The position numbers were made by a program, and so were the translations under genes. The notes below the pieces were generated by a model. The model saw only the letters and a program-made list of their open reading frames with translations, had not been told where the DNA came from and did not search any database. 51,343 nucleotides of DNA from Verrucomicrobiota bacterium. Its GTDB lineage: Bacteria; Verrucomicrobiota; Verrucomicrobiia; Methylacidiphilales; Verrucolacustridaceae. The stretch lies in the NCBI GenBank assembly GCA_016876055.1, contig VHDM01000001.1, positions 1-51,343 of the forward strand, written 5' to 3'. Below are positions 19,051-29,142 of this stretch, piece by piece; position 1 is the first letter of the stretch; each line of letters begins with the position of its first letter.

Positions 19051-20445
19051 TCAGCGGGCGCCGCGGCCGAAGAGCACGGCCGGAATGGTGCGGAGGAGAA
19101 TCTGGAAATCGAGCCAGAGGGACCATTGGTCAATGTACTCGAGGTCGAGCCGGACCCAATCGGCGAAGTCGGTGACTTCGTTGCGGCCGGAAATCTGCCA
19201 AAGGCAGGTCATGCCGGGGGTGACGCTGAGGCGGCGGCGCTGGGCGTTGGCGGTCATGGCGAGGGTTTCATAGGTGGGAAGGGGGCGGGGGCCGACCAGG
19301 CTCATCTGGCCAAGAAAAACGTTCATCAGTTGGGGCAGCTCATCGAGGGAGGTGAACCGAAGAAAAGCCCCGACCCGGGTCACCCGAGGATCCTTTTTGA
19401 TTTTGAAGACCGGGCCGGACATTTCATTGAGGGCCGCCAGCTCGGCCTTCCGCATTTCCGCATCGGACTGCATGGTGCGGAATTTGATCATGGTAAAGGG
19501 ATCGCCGTGACGACCACTACGACGCTGGCGGAAAAAGGCAGGACCGGGAGATTCCAGCTTAATGGCGGCCCAGATGACCAGAAAGAGCGGGGCAAGCAGA
19601 ATGAGGAGAAGGGTCGCGGCAAGTCGATCAAACAGGATCTTGATGACGGACTGCCAAGTGCCGGCCCGGGTGGAGCGGAAGACCAGCAGGTTGCGGTTCA
19701 CAATTTCCTCAAACCGAGCACGGGCGATTTGGGTCCCGAAAAAATCCGCGCTGAGCCAGGCCTCGACACCCTCCTCCTCGCAGGCCTGGATGGCCTGAGC
19801 CGTCCAGTTCAGATGATGGGTGTCGACGTCAAAAAGGACGATTCCCGCCGAATCTTCGTGCAGGGCCCGGACGAAGTCTGCAATGGATCCGGATTCGGCG
19901 GGGAAAGTTCGGGTGATCTGAACCCCAACGGGGGCATCGGAGAACAGGTTGATCCAGCGGTCGGAATTTTCCGCAGATTTGGCAACGAGAAGAAGACGGA
20001 TGGAGTAGAGTTCGATCTGGCGGCAAAACAACCGAAACCGAAAGTAAGCCTCCTCGCGCAACAGCAGCAGGCAAAAGAACACCGGCACAAAGAGGATAAA
20101 GACGATCCGGCTGGGAGCCTGTTTAAAGAAAAAGATGACCGCGATACTCGCCAGAAAAAGAATCAGACAGCCTTCCAGCGCCGCAGCGAGGTTAGCTTGG
20201 CGTCCCCGCCCGGAAAAATGGCGGTAAAGGCCGCATCGGCTCAACACCACCGGAGCCAAGATGGCCATCATCGCGAAGTAGGGAAGGTAAAGGGAGAACT
20301 CTCCGATTTCGCGGGATTCAAGCGGGAGGATATCGGGAAGCAAACCGACGCGCAGAAAATAAGCGGCCATCAAGGCAAGGCCGGCCAGCAGGCTGTCGAG
20401 CAGCTGAAGCCAAAGTTTGATCTGCCGAAGGTCACCCAGGTTCAT
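19051..20445 (-). CDS. Polyprenyl glycosylphosphotransferase (WcaJ-like sugar transferase)
   Basis: N-terminal TM helices; [29 protein letters not shown] and [12 protein letters not shown]. Confidence 0.92.
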   Translation of the reverse strand: MNLGDLRQIKLWLQLLDSLLAGLALMAAYFLRVGLLPDILPLESREIGEFSLYLPYFAMMAILAPVVLSRCGLYRHFSGRGRQANLAAALEGCLILFLASIAVIFFFKQAPSRIVFILFVPVFFCLLLLREEAYFRFRLFCRQIELYSIRLLLVAKSAENSDRWINLFSDAPVGVQITRTFPAESGSIADFVRALHEDSAGIVLFDVDTHHLNWTAQAIQACEEEGVEAWLSADFFGTQIARARFEEIVNRNLLVFRSTRAGTWQSVIKILFDRLAATLLLILLAPLFLVIWAAIKLESPGPAFFRQRRSGRHGDPFTMIKFRTMQSDAEMRKAELAALNEMSGPVFKIKKDPRVTRVGAFLRFTSLDELPQLMNVFLGQMSLVGPRPLPTYETLAMTANAQRRRLSVTPGMTCLWQISGRNEVTDFADWVRLDLEYIDQWSLWLDFQILLRTIPAVLFGRGAR

Positions 20446-20451
20446 GGCGAA

Positions 20452-21951
20452 TTACGAAACTGCCTGTCCGTTGAGAATCCGCCAAGCGGCCGGAAGATGC
20501 TCCGCCGCTCCGCTGGCCAGGACGGTCGGGCCACCCGTGCGGCTCGCAAAATCTGCAGCCAGACCGTGCCAGCTGACGGCCAAGCGGGTGGCATCAAAGG
20601 GCGGGTAGCCGGAGGCCAGCAGGCCCCCGATCAGGCCGGCCAAAAGATCGCCCATGCCTGCGGTGGCCTGGGCGGGTCCGCCGGAGCCGTTATGGCTGAG
20701 GGTATAATCTGAGGAGGCCACCAGGGTGTGCGGGCCTTTGGCCACGAGCAGGGTGCGAGGATGGCGATCGAGCCAAAGGCGCGCGGCTTCCGCCCGGTCC
20801 TGGACAGCTTGGCCGATCAGCCGACCCAACTCCCCGCCATGAGGTGTGAGGACAAGGGGGGAAGGGATTTTTTCCAGCCACTCCGGGTGGGAGGCGAGGA
20901 GTTCGAGCGCGCCCGCATCCAAGACCACCGGCACGGTAGCGACCGAGAGCAGTTGCGAAAGAAAATCGCCGAGGGCCGGGGTGGGGGGCAGACCCGGCCC
21001 GAGGACCAAAGCCCGGGCCTGTTTTTGGAAAGCCGCAAGATCCGGCGAGGCCCCATCGGCATGGGGCGAGATCAGAAGCTCCGGCAGCCGGTTGGAGACC
21101 GCAGCCACGACCGAGCGTTCCGAAAAGAGCCGAACATAACCGGCTCCAGAGCGGAGAGCCCCGGCGGAGGCGAGCTGGGCGGCCCCCGGATAGGCGGCTG
21201 AGCCGGCCCAAAGATGGACGGTGCCGGCAGAGTGTTTGTGGAGGTCGGCCGGGCGGCGGCGGATCAACCGACCTGCCTCGGTGGGAAGTAAAAAGTCCGC
21301 CTTGGTTTGGGGAGCCGGCACGCCGAAGTCGATCGGAACCCCGCACAGGCGGCCCAGCTGGGCGAGGGCCGGATCCTTGAGGCAACCCGATTTGACCGAA
21401 CCAAGGGCGATGGTGAGGTCGGCCGAGAAGACGGCACCGGGGGCGTGGCCCTCGGCAGGGTGGAGGCCGGTGGGGAGGTCCAAAGCCACAAAAAGATCCG
21501 TGCCGCGCCGTTCCTTGGTGATCCAATGGAGGATCGCGCTTTCCGCGGGACGGGGCGGGGGGACGGCCCCCAACCCGAGAAGCCCATCGACAACCAGCCT
21601 TGGGCCGGCGGCCTGGAGGAATCCCACCGGCTTGGCCGGCCAAACCAGCGCCTTTTTCCAAACCTTGGCCTTCACGCGCGGATCCGGATGGGTTCTTTTT
21701 CCCGTGGCGCGGGACAGCAGGAGTTCCGTTTTCCAGCCGAGATCCTTGAGTGCCAGGGCGAGCAGCACGGCGTCGTCGCCATTGTGGCCCGGGCCGACCA
21801 AGAACAAGGCGTGGCCAGGCGGGGGGAGGTGAGGAAGAAGAACGCGGAGACTTCCGGTGACGGCTTGGCGCATGAGATCCTTGAGACGGTTGCCTGCGCG
21901 GAGGCTTTTTTCCTCCCAGGCGCGGGCCGAGGCGGGGGAAAGGACAATCAT
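20452..21951 (-). CDS. nnr: Bifunctional NAD(P)HX epimerase/dehydratase (NnrE-NnrD)
   Basis: GPGHNGDD, DLPTG, LGPGL, LDAGAL, LTPHGGEL and ATAGMGDLLAG. Confidence 0.9.
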   Translation of the reverse strand: MIVLSPASARAWEEKSLRAGNRLKDLMRQAVTGSLRVLLPHLPPPGHALFLVGPGHNGDDAVLLALALKDLGWKTELLLSRATGKRTHPDPRVKAKVWKKALVWPAKPVGFLQAAGPRLVVDGLLGLGAVPPPRPAESAILHWITKERRGTDLFVALDLPTGLHPAEGHAPGAVFSADLTIALGSVKSGCLKDPALAQLGRLCGVPIDFGVPAPQTKADFLLPTEAGRLIRRRPADLHKHSAGTVHLWAGSAAYPGAAQLASAGALRSGAGYVRLFSERSVVAAVSNRLPELLISPHADGASPDLAAFQKQARALVLGPGLPPTPALGDFLSQLLSVATVPVVLDAGALELLASHPEWLEKIPSPLVLTPHGGELGRLIGQAVQDRAEAARLWLDRHPRTLLVAKGPHTLVASSDYTLSHNGSGGPAQATAGMGDLLAGLIGGLLASGYPPFDATRLAVSWHGLAADFASRTGGPTVLASGAAEHLPAAWRILNGQAVS

Positions 21952-22340
21952 GGCCCGAGCAGGGCCACGGTGGCCGCCGAATGGGTGCGGGTGTGGGTCA
22001 GGGTGACCAAGGTGCGCAGGACACCGCGATGTTTGGCCAGAGCGGCGCCGGCGGCATGAAAGCGAAGAAACGGTTCGCCGGAGGAGTGGCGGCTGATTTC
22101 CATGCCGAGCCAGGGAAGGGCATGGCCGATGCCGGTGCCGAAGGCCTTCGCGGCGGCCTCCTTGGCGGCGAACCGGGCGGCGAGGTGGGTGGCGGGGCGG
22201 GCCTGGGACTGGGCGTACTGCACCTCGTGGGAATGAAAGATGCGCCGGAGGAAGCGGTCGCCGAATTTCCTGATCGAGTCCTCAATGCGATTGATTTCGA
22301 CAAGATCCATCCCGAGGCCGAGCAATCGTTCGGTGCTCAC
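21948..22340 (-). CDS. acpS: Holo-ACP synthase
   Basis: GLGMDLVE, LAARFAAKEA..KAFGTG and TLTH. Confidence 0.95.
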   Translation of the reverse strand: MSTERLLGLGMDLVEINRIEDSIRKFGDRFLRRIFHSHEVQYAQSQARPATHLAARFAAKEAAAKAFGTGIGHALPWLGMEISRHSSGEPFLRFHAAGAALAKHRGVLRTLVTLTHTRTHSAATVALLGP

Positions 22341-23074
22341 CGGTCGGAAATCGCCTGAAGAAAGTCCCGCACGCTTCGCTCCAGGCCGACGGCGAGAGCA
22401 TGGCTGACCAAGGAGTGGCCGATGTTCAGGGTGTGCAGCTGGGGGATCGTGAGAAGTTCCGGCAAGTTGGAAAGGCGGAGGCCGTGGCCGGCGTTCACCT
22501 GCATTTTCAGCCCCCGGGCCTGTTCAGCCGCCTTGGCCAAACGGCCGAGTTCAGTTTTGCGGCTGGCGGTATCGGCATCGGCAAATCGGCCGGTGTGCAA
22601 CTCGATGACGGAGGCACCGAGGGCGGCGGAGGCGGCGACCTGGTGGGGATCGGGATCAATGAAGAGGCTGACGAGCATGCCGGCAGCGCGGAGTTTTTGA
22701 ATCACCGGGCGAAGGGTATTTTGCTGGCCGGCCGCATCAAGGCCGCCCTCGGTGGTGACCTCAGCACGGTTTTCAGGGACCAGGCAGACTTCGGAGGGCT
22801 TGAGCTTAAGGGCGAACGCCACCATCGCCGGGGTGGCGGCCATTTCGAGGTTGAGTTTGTCACGGAATTCCCGGGCGAGACGCAGAACATCGTCGTCTTG
22901 AATGTGGCGTCGGTCTTCGCGCAGGTGGACGGTGAGGGAGTGGGCACCGGCGGTCAGGCAGATGCGGGCGGCGATCAGGGGGTCGGGCTCCGGGGAGGAG
23001 GCGGCCGCATAGGCGCGGTAGCGGGCCTGCCGAAGCGTGGCCACATGGTCGATATTCACGCCCAAGCGGGTCAT
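22337..23074 (-). CDS. pdxJ: Pyridoxine 5'-phosphate synthase
   Basis: LGVNIDHVATLRQAR, HLREDRRHI, TTEGGLD and VNAGHGL. Confidence 0.96.
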   Translation of the reverse strand: MTRLGVNIDHVATLRQARYRAYAAASSPEPDPLIAARICLTAGAHSLTVHLREDRRHIQDDDVLRLAREFRDKLNLEMAATPAMVAFALKLKPSEVCLVPENRAEVTTEGGLDAAGQQNTLRPVIQKLRAAGMLVSLFIDPDPHQVAASAALGASVIELHTGRFADADTASRKTELGRLAKAAEQARGLKMQVNAGHGLRLSNLPELLTIPQLHTLNIGHSLVSHALAVGLERSVRDFLQAISDR

Positions 23075-23160
23075 GCGGATAGAATATCAGCCCCTTGAGG
23101 GCAAGTTGAGGCGGAAGTTGGCCGTTCGTCCGCGCTTCCGGCAGGGCTAGGGTGAAAAGG

Positions 23161-24450
23161 ATGAAGGCGGAGGAAATCATCTTGGCCCAGAGGGTCTTGG
23201 AGGCGGGCCGGCCGGTCGTCAAAGATGAGTTGCTGAGGGTGCCGGACGAATCGCGGGACTGGCAAGGGGAGCTGCGGGAGGCCGGGCTGGAAAAAGTCCA
23301 CGAGCGGGAGGTCCAGCTGGCCCCGGTGGTGGCGGCAATGCGCCAACGAGGTTTGGGAGTGGACGAGAGAAAACTGGCCACGCTGGCCAAACTGGCGGAA
23401 AAAAACCGGGAGGAGGCGGAGCGGAAGGTGAAGGAGATGCTCGGAGCGGGGTGCAATCCGCGCAGCCCCAAGCAGGTGAAAGAGGCGTTGGCCAAGCGGG
23501 GGCTGAAACTCAATTCAACCGACGAGGTGGCGCTGGTGATGAGCGGGGACGCGGCGGCGGCGGAGGTGCTCCGAAGCCGGGCGGCGGAGAAACGGGCGCA
23601 AATGATCAAGGCCTATGGCGAGGCGGTGGGAAAGGACGGCCGGATTCACGCGGATTTTGACCCGTTAGGAACGGCGACCGGGCGTTTTTCCTGCCGGGAA
23701 CCGAATTTGCAGAACGTGGGGCGGGACGCGGCGATGAGGTCCTGCTTCGTGGCGGGCCCGAAAAAAGTGTTGGTCATGGCTGACTACACGCAGGTGGAGC
23801 TGCGGGTGGCGGCGTTTCTGGCGAAAGAGGAGGCGATGCTGGCGGCTTTTCGGTCGGGCGAGGACATCCATGCATTGACCGCGGCGAAGTTGACGGGGCA
23901 GGACCCCAAGGGGATCGGCGAGGAGACAAGGAAGCTGGCCAAAGCGGTGAACTTTGGCTTGTTGTACGGAATGTCCGCCCGGGGTCTGGCGGAGTACGGC
24001 CGAATTTCCTTCGGGCTGAAACTTGAGGAGAAGGAAGCACGCGAGTTTCGAAAAAAATTTTTCGAGGCGTATCCCGCCCTCCAGCGCTGGCATGACCAGG
24101 CGCGGCAGTCGGCGGAGGACCCGAAAGTAGCAGAGGTCCGCACCCTTTATGGCAGGCGGCGATGGCTTCCGCCGCCCGGCGGGAGGATGGATTGGGCGAG
24201 ATTTACGGCCTTGGTCAATACCCCGGTGCAGGGAACGTGCGGGGATGCCTTGAAGCAGGCGATGGTGGCTTTGGCAGACGCACCCCTGGTCAGCACGGTG
24301 CATGACGAACTGATCCTAGAAGTACCGGAGCGGGAGGCGGCGGCGATGGCGGTTCGGGTGGTGGCGGCGATGCGGGCCGGTTTTGCGGGCCTGGTTCCAG
24401 AGAATTTGATCACCGTGGCGGTCCGGCAGGCGACCCATTGGGGCGGATAA
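23161..24450 (+). CDS. Family A DNA polymerase, polymerase domain only (start 23152 or 23161)
   Basis: TATGRFSCREPNLQN, motif A DYTQVELR, motif B RKLAKAVNFGLLYG, NTPVQG, motif C VHDELI; in-frame stop at 23107-23109 upstream. Confidence 0.9.
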   Translation: MKAEEIILAQRVLEAGRPVVKDELLRVPDESRDWQGELREAGLEKVHEREVQLAPVVAAMRQRGLGVDERKLATLAKLAEKNREEAERKVKEMLGAGCNPRSPKQVKEALAKRGLKLNSTDEVALVMSGDAAAAEVLRSRAAEKRAQMIKAYGEAVGKDGRIHADFDPLGTATGRFSCREPNLQNVGRDAAMRSCFVAGPKKVLVMADYTQVELRVAAFLAKEEAMLAAFRSGEDIHALTAAKLTGQDPKGIGEETRKLAKAVNFGLLYGMSARGLAEYGRISFGLKLEEKEAREFRKKFFEAYPALQRWHDQARQSAEDPKVAEVRTLYGRRRWLPPPGGRMDWARFTALVNTPVQGTCGDALKQAMVALADAPLVSTVHDELILEVPEREAAAMAVRVVAAMRAGFAGLVPENLITVAVRQATHWGG

Positions 24451-24472
24451 AGTTGTTCCCAAGCTAAAAACA

Positions 24473-24498
24473 GGGGGGCAAGACCAGGGTTGCCCCCC
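24473..24498. repeat. Inverted repeat GGGGGGCAA-8 nt-TTGCCCCCC between the polymerase and SNF2 genes
   Basis: 9-bp perfect arms; the right arm overlaps a candidate -35 TTGCCC, with TACGAT 18 nt downstream. Confidence 0.7.
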
Positions 24499-24527
24499 CT
24501 TGTCGGAATTCCATACGATTGAGGAGT

Positions 24528-27500
24528 ATGTCGGAAAATACTCCGATCCCGTCCGTGCTCTCCAAAGAAATGTTGCTGGAGATTGGCGGATGGCGGGCGA
24601 TGCAGGAGGGGCGCTCGCTCTGGGAGGCGGGGAAGGTGATGTCGGCAGAATGGATTGACCCGATTTTGGGCGGGGTGGTGCAGGCGGGGACGGGTACGGT
24701 GAATGCGCGGCTGAAATTGGGGAAGCGTTTGGCGGATGTGGAGAACCTCTGCAGTTGCCGGCAGGCCCGGGAATACGGAACGGTTTGCCCCCATGTGATT
24801 GCCCTCAGCCTGAAATACCTGGAGCGCAACGGAAAAGCGGCGACAGCCCCGGCGCCCCGCCTTAACGGACAGTTCGCCGGACCGGTGGCCGCGGCGGCGC
24901 GGGCGCTGGCCCCGCGGTTTCCCCGGGTGTTGGGGCAACTGGCCGGCAAGGGATCGAAGCCCCTGGCACTGGAAGTGCACCTGCCGCTGGAACTGGGCAA
25001 AGCCTGGCGGGCGGGGAAAATCCCGCTGACCGTGGAGGCCTCGATCGACGGCGGACCGACCAAAAGTTTGGACGCGGTGCCGGTGGACAAGGTGGAGCCG
25101 TATGTGGTGGATGAGTCCGACGCGGGCTTGCTGACCATGTTGGAAAAGATGGAGGGGGCTTCGGTGCATGGCGAAGCGGAGCTGACGGCGGCCGACCGGG
25201 ATTTTTTCTTTCCGGTGCTGCTGGGCCATCCGCGCGTATTCGTCGGGCGCCGCAAGCACCTGGCGGTAAGCCGGGCCGTGGAAGGCACCCGCCTGAAAGC
25301 GGACCTGGATGAAGCCGGTGTGCTGCATCTGGAAATGATTCCCGCGCCCGCCGGTCCGGAGGCGAGCGAGATTCTGGAGGCTCACCAGGGACGCTGGCGG
25401 TTGCATGGAGAGCATTTGGAGCTGCTCGACAGTCTGCCGCCGGCCTACGAGGGGTTGCGCAAGGGGCCCCGGTCGGTGGCCCGGGAAGGTCTGGCCAATT
25501 TTCTACAGCGGGAATTACCTCTGCTGGAAAGGCACGTCCGTTTGGAGGCCGGGGAGAAGTTGCGGCAGCTCCATTTCGAAACGATGTTGCCGAAATTCCG
25601 GGTGGAATTGGACGGCCTGCTTTCGGGCATCAGCTGTCAGTTGGAAGCGGTCTATGGGAACGAAAAGCACGTCCTTACGGGCATGCCGGGGCAGAACGAG
25701 GGAATCGATTCCTGGGTGCCCGATGCCTCGGATCCGCGCCGGTATCGGGTGCGCGGCCGTGAGGCCGAGCGGGTGGCCCAGCGGGAGCTGCTGGGCGCCG
25801 GATTTTTACCCGGGCAGCGGGCGGCGGAGCGCTACACCTTGGCGGGGGAAGGGAAAGTGGGGGCATTTTTGGCGAATGTCCTGCCACGATGGCGCAAGAA
25901 GTGGGAAGTAAGAATGACCCCGCGGATGGAGTCGTTATTGGGCCGGTGCGACTACATCGCACCCGAGATCACCCTGCGTGACACCGGGGGGTCCTGGCTC
26001 ACCGTGGAGGTGGATTTTAAATCAGGCAGCGGCAAGGACTCCCTGTCCCCAGCGGAGGTTCAACGGCTGCTCCAGACCGGGCTAAGCCATCATCGGTTGG
26101 AGGGCGGCCGCATTGCGTTGGTGCCCACCGATGAGGTGGCGGAGTTTGGCGAGGTGCTCCGGGATTGCCAGGTCCGGCAGGACGGAAATCGTTACCGGCT
26201 GGAAAAGCGTTACCGTGGCTACTTCGGGGAGGCGCTGAAGGGAACCGGCTGGGGATACAACGGGCGCTCCAACTGGAAACCGCCGGAGGAACTGGTGCAT
26301 TTCGAGGAGGCGAAGTTGCCGGCTCGGCTGGAAAAGATCGTCCGCCCCTACCAAAAGGAGGGTATCGGTTGGCTGCAATATCTTGCGCGCAACCATTTTG
26401 GCGGAGTGCTGGCAGATGAGATGGGGTTGGGTAAAACCCTGCAGACCCTGGCCTTTCTGGAACTCCGTCGGGCCGCCACGAAATCCAAACTGCCGTGTCT
26501 GGTGCTTTGTCCGACCAGTCTGGTGATCAACTGGATGGATGAGGGCAAAAAGTTCGCTCCCGAATTGAAAATGCTTGCGCTGTACGGGGCGGGCCGGAAG
26601 GGGCTTTTTTCCAAGATCCCGGATCATGACCTGGTGGTGACCAGCTATGCGTTGCTCCGCCGGGACATTGCGGAGTATGAAAAGCTGGAGTTTGACGCGA
26701 TTGTGCTCGACGAGGCGCAGAGCATTAAAAATCGGACCAGCCAAACAGCGGTCTCGGTCAAAAAGTTGGTGGGAGAGCAGCGGATGGTGCTGACCGGCAC
26801 CCCGCTGGAAAACTCCCTTTTGGATCTTTGGTCGATCTTTGACTTTTTGATGCCGGGATATTTGGGCACGGCCACCGATTTCCGGGACCGCTATGAAATC
26901 CCGGTCGCCAAGCTGGGGGACGAGCGTGCCCAGAACCGTTTGCGGCAGCGGGTCCGTCCGTTCCTGCTGCGTCGGACCAAATCGGAAGTAGCCAAGGATC
27001 TTCCCGCCAAGATCGAGCAGGTGGCGTGGTGCGAGATGACCGACGAGCAAAAAGGCGTCTACCGCCAAATCCTGGAAGAGGGACGCAAGCAGGTCAGTGA
27101 GCTCTCAGGCAAGGAGTCGGGGGGGCGAGACCGGATCGCGGTCCTTACCGTCCTGATGCGGTTGCGCCAGGCCTGCTGCCACTTGGGGTTGCTGCCCCAG
27201 AACGGCAAAACCTGGACTGAGCCTTCCGGGAAAATGGAGTATTTCCTCGATCGTCTGGAAGAGGCCATTTCCGGAGGCCACCGGATGCTAGTTTTCAGTC
27301 AGTTTGTTTCCATGCTCAAGTTGGTTCAGGCGGAGCTCAATCGTCGTAAGATCCCGCATTGCTACTTGGACGGGGCCACGGTGGACCGGGCGGGGGAGGT
27401 GGATCGTTTTCAGCGCAACCAGGAGCTTCCGGTCTTTCTGATCAGTCTTAAGGCGGGCGGGACAGGATTAAATCTGACCGGGGCCGACACGGTGATCCAT

Positions 27501-27731
27501 TTTGATCCGTGGTGGAATCCGGCAGTGGAAGAGCAGGCCACGGCGCGGGCCCATCGCATCGGGCAGAACAAGATCGTCAGCTCCTACAAGCTGATCGCCC
27601 GGGACACGGTGGAAGAAAAAATCGTGCGATTACAGGAAAGGAAGAAGGAGTTGTTTCGCGGGACGCTGGTGAGCGAAGAAGATTTCGTCCGGGGCCTGAG
27701 CTGGCAGGAATTACAGGGATTGCTCGAATAA
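24528..27731 (+). CDS. SWIM zinc finger - SNF2 family helicase/ATPase
   Basis: CSC...CPH SWIM motif; LADEMGLGKT, DEAQ, LTGTPLEN, SLKAGGTGLNLT and DPWWNP; SD GAGGAG. Confidence 0.94.
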   Translation: MSENTPIPSVLSKEMLLEIGGWRAMQEGRSLWEAGKVMSAEWIDPILGGVVQAGTGTVNARLKLGKRLADVENLCSCRQAREYGTVCPHVIALSLKYLERNGKAATAPAPRLNGQFAGPVAAAARALAPRFPRVLGQLAGKGSKPLALEVHLPLELGKAWRAGKIPLTVEASIDGGPTKSLDAVPVDKVEPYVVDESDAGLLTMLEKMEGASVHGEAELTAADRDFFFPVLLGHPRVFVGRRKHLAVSRAVEGTRLKADLDEAGVLHLEMIPAPAGPEASEILEAHQGRWRLHGEHLELLDSLPPAYEGLRKGPRSVAREGLANFLQRELPLLERHVRLEAGEKLRQLHFETMLPKFRVELDGLLSGISCQLEAVYGNEKHVLTGMPGQNEGIDSWVPDASDPRRYRVRGREAERVAQRELLGAGFLPGQRAAERYTLAGEGKVGAFLANVLPRWRKKWEVRMTPRMESLLGRCDYIAPEITLRDTGGSWLTVEVDFKSGSGKDSLSPAEVQRLLQTGLSHHRLEGGRIALVPTDEVAEFGEVLRDCQVRQDGNRYRLEKRYRGYFGEALKGTGWGYNGRSNWKPPEELVHFEEAKLPARLEKIVRPYQKEGIGWLQYLARNHFGGVLADEMGLGKTLQTLAFLELRRAATKSKLPCLVLCPTSLVINWMDEGKKFAPELKMLALYGAGRKGLFSKIPDHDLVVTSYALLRRDIAEYEKLEFDAIVLDEAQSIKNRTSQTAVSVKKLVGEQRMVLTGTPLENSLLDLWSIFDFLMPGYLGTATDFRDRYEIPVAKLGDERAQNRLRQRVRPFLLRRTKSEVAKDLPAKIEQVAWCEMTDEQKGVYRQILEEGRKQVSELSGKESGGRDRIAVLTVLMRLRQACCHLGLLPQNGKTWTEPSGKMEYFLDRLEEAISGGHRMLVFSQFVSMLKLVQAELNRRKIPHCYLDGATVDRAGEVDRFQRNQELPVFLISLKAGGTGLNLTGADTVIHFDPWWNPAVEEQATARAHRIGQNKIVSSYKLIARDTVEEKIVRLQERKKELFRGTLVSEEDFVRGLSWQELQGLLE

Positions 27732-27737
27732 GAGACC

Positions 27738-27809
27738 TGCACCGTAGAGGACTTGAACCTCTGACCTCCACCGTGTCAAGGTGGCGCTCTACCACTAAGC
27801 TAACGGTGC
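27738..27809 (-). tRNA. tRNA-Val (GAC)
   Basis: Reverse complement GCACCGTTAGCTTAGTGGTAGAGCG-CCACC-TTGACAC-GGTGG...TTCAAGT; CCA not encoded. Confidence 0.95.
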
Positions 27810-27880
27810 GTTGCGAAGGAAAACCGTATCATGGTTTGGGTTTCAGGGGAGCAGGAAAATCCCCCGGCGGCCCGGAGGCC

Positions 27881-28486
27881 TCAGGTTAAATCCGCGATGG
27901 CCGACATGATGGCGTCGGCAAACTTTTGAAGATCGTCCCGGTTTTTGGAATTTCCGGAAAAGCGGAGGGGTTTCCCAAAAACCACGCGGATGGGGCGAAA
28001 GGGTTTCCAGCCGCCGCCGCGGGGCATGGCCTCGCGGGAACCAAAGAGATGAACAGGAACCACGGGGGTGCCGGACCGGGCGGCAATCATGGCGATGCCC
28101 GGCTCGCCCCTGCCCAGGCGGCCGTCCAGTGTCCGGCTGCCTTCCGGAAAAAGGACCAAGGTGCCCTGGCTTTGCAGGACCTCGAAAACCCGTTTGAGCG
28201 AGGAAGGGCCCGGGGATTCCTGATTCACGGGAATCGAGCCGACCGAAGGTAAAAGCCAGGAGCCAATCGGGGGTGCGAACAGGGTGTGACGGGCGAGGTA
28301 GTGGGTGACCCGGGGCACCAGGCAGCCCACGGCGGGCGGATCGAGATAGCTGGCATGGTTGGGGGCGAGGATCAGCGGCCCAGGCGGCAAAGCCTCCATG
28401 CCGCGACCGCGGATAAAATGAAAAGTCCGGAAGAAGCAGTAGGAGGTCAGGCGGCAGCAGTGAAACCAGAGGGGGCAAACCTTCAT
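27881..28486 (-). CDS. plsC: 1-acyl-sn-glycerol-3-phosphate acyltransferase
   Basis: NHASYLD and FPEGSR motifs; follows cmk. Confidence 0.88.
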   Translation of the reverse strand: MKVCPLWFHCCRLTSYCFFRTFHFIRGRGMEALPPGPLILAPNHASYLDPPAVGCLVPRVTHYLARHTLFAPPIGSWLLPSVGSIPVNQESPGPSSLKRVFEVLQSQGTLVLFPEGSRTLDGRLGRGEPGIAMIAARSGTPVVPVHLFGSREAMPRGGGWKPFRPIRVVFGKPLRFSGNSKNRDDLQKFADAIMSAIADLT

Positions 28487-29139
28487 GGAACCGTCGGGGC
28501 GGGCTGCCGGGCGGCTCGGACCCGGCTGACGATGAGATCCGCAAGGGAGCGGGCATCGGCGGCGCCGCTGTCCAAAAGAATGGCGTCCGCGGCCCGCAGG
28601 AGCGGCGCGGCTGCGCGGGAGGAGTCCAACTGGTCCCGGGCGGCGAGGTTATCGCGCTCTCCTTGTTTATGCCGTCGTTCAGCCCGGACCTTGGGGCACG
28701 CATCGATGAAAAATTTGTAAGGGCTGTCGGAGCAGACGACGGTGCCGATATCGCGTCCCTCCATGACAAGAGGGGCGGCCAAGCGGAGTTTCCGTTGGAC
28801 GTTGACAAGATACTCGCGCAATTCGGGGAGTGCGGAAACCGGGGACACGGCGGCGTTGACCTCGGGCAGGCGGGTGCAGGGAAGGAGGTCGCGTTTTCCC
28901 TCCCGCAGCGCGATTTCCTTGTTGCGGATTTCCGCATGGAAATCGACCTTGGCCAGCAGCTGACGAATGCGTTCCCGGGACGTCGGATCATATCCGGCCT
29001 CCAGGGTCAGAAAGGTGAAGGCCCGGTACATCGCCCCGGTGTCGACATAGACAAAGCCGAGATCCCGGGCGACCAGGCGAGCCACGGTGCTTTTGCCCGA
29101 GGCGGCCGGCCCGTCGATGCAGATGACCGGATGCAGCAT
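28483..29139 (-). CDS. cmk: Cytidylate kinase
   Basis: IDGPAASGKST, DTGAMYR and MEGRDIGTVV. Confidence 0.95.
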   Translation of the reverse strand: MLHPVICIDGPAASGKSTVARLVARDLGFVYVDTGAMYRAFTFLTLEAGYDPTSRERIRQLLAKVDFHAEIRNKEIALREGKRDLLPCTRLPEVNAAVSPVSALPELREYLVNVQRKLRLAAPLVMEGRDIGTVVCSDSPYKFFIDACPKVRAERRHKQGERDNLAARDQLDSSRAAAPLLRAADAILLDSGAADARSLADLIVSRVRAARQPAPTVP

Positions 29140-29142
29140 CTT

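Noticed and set aside
19009-20712. 567-aa plus-strand ORF
   Set aside because: It is the antisense shadow of the sugar transferase and nnr genes, which is common in GC-rich DNA, and shows no motifs.
23075-27809. Prophage or anti-phage island (PolA + SNF2 + tRNA-Val)
   Set aside because: There are no phage structural genes, integrase, nuclease, methylase or att repeat.
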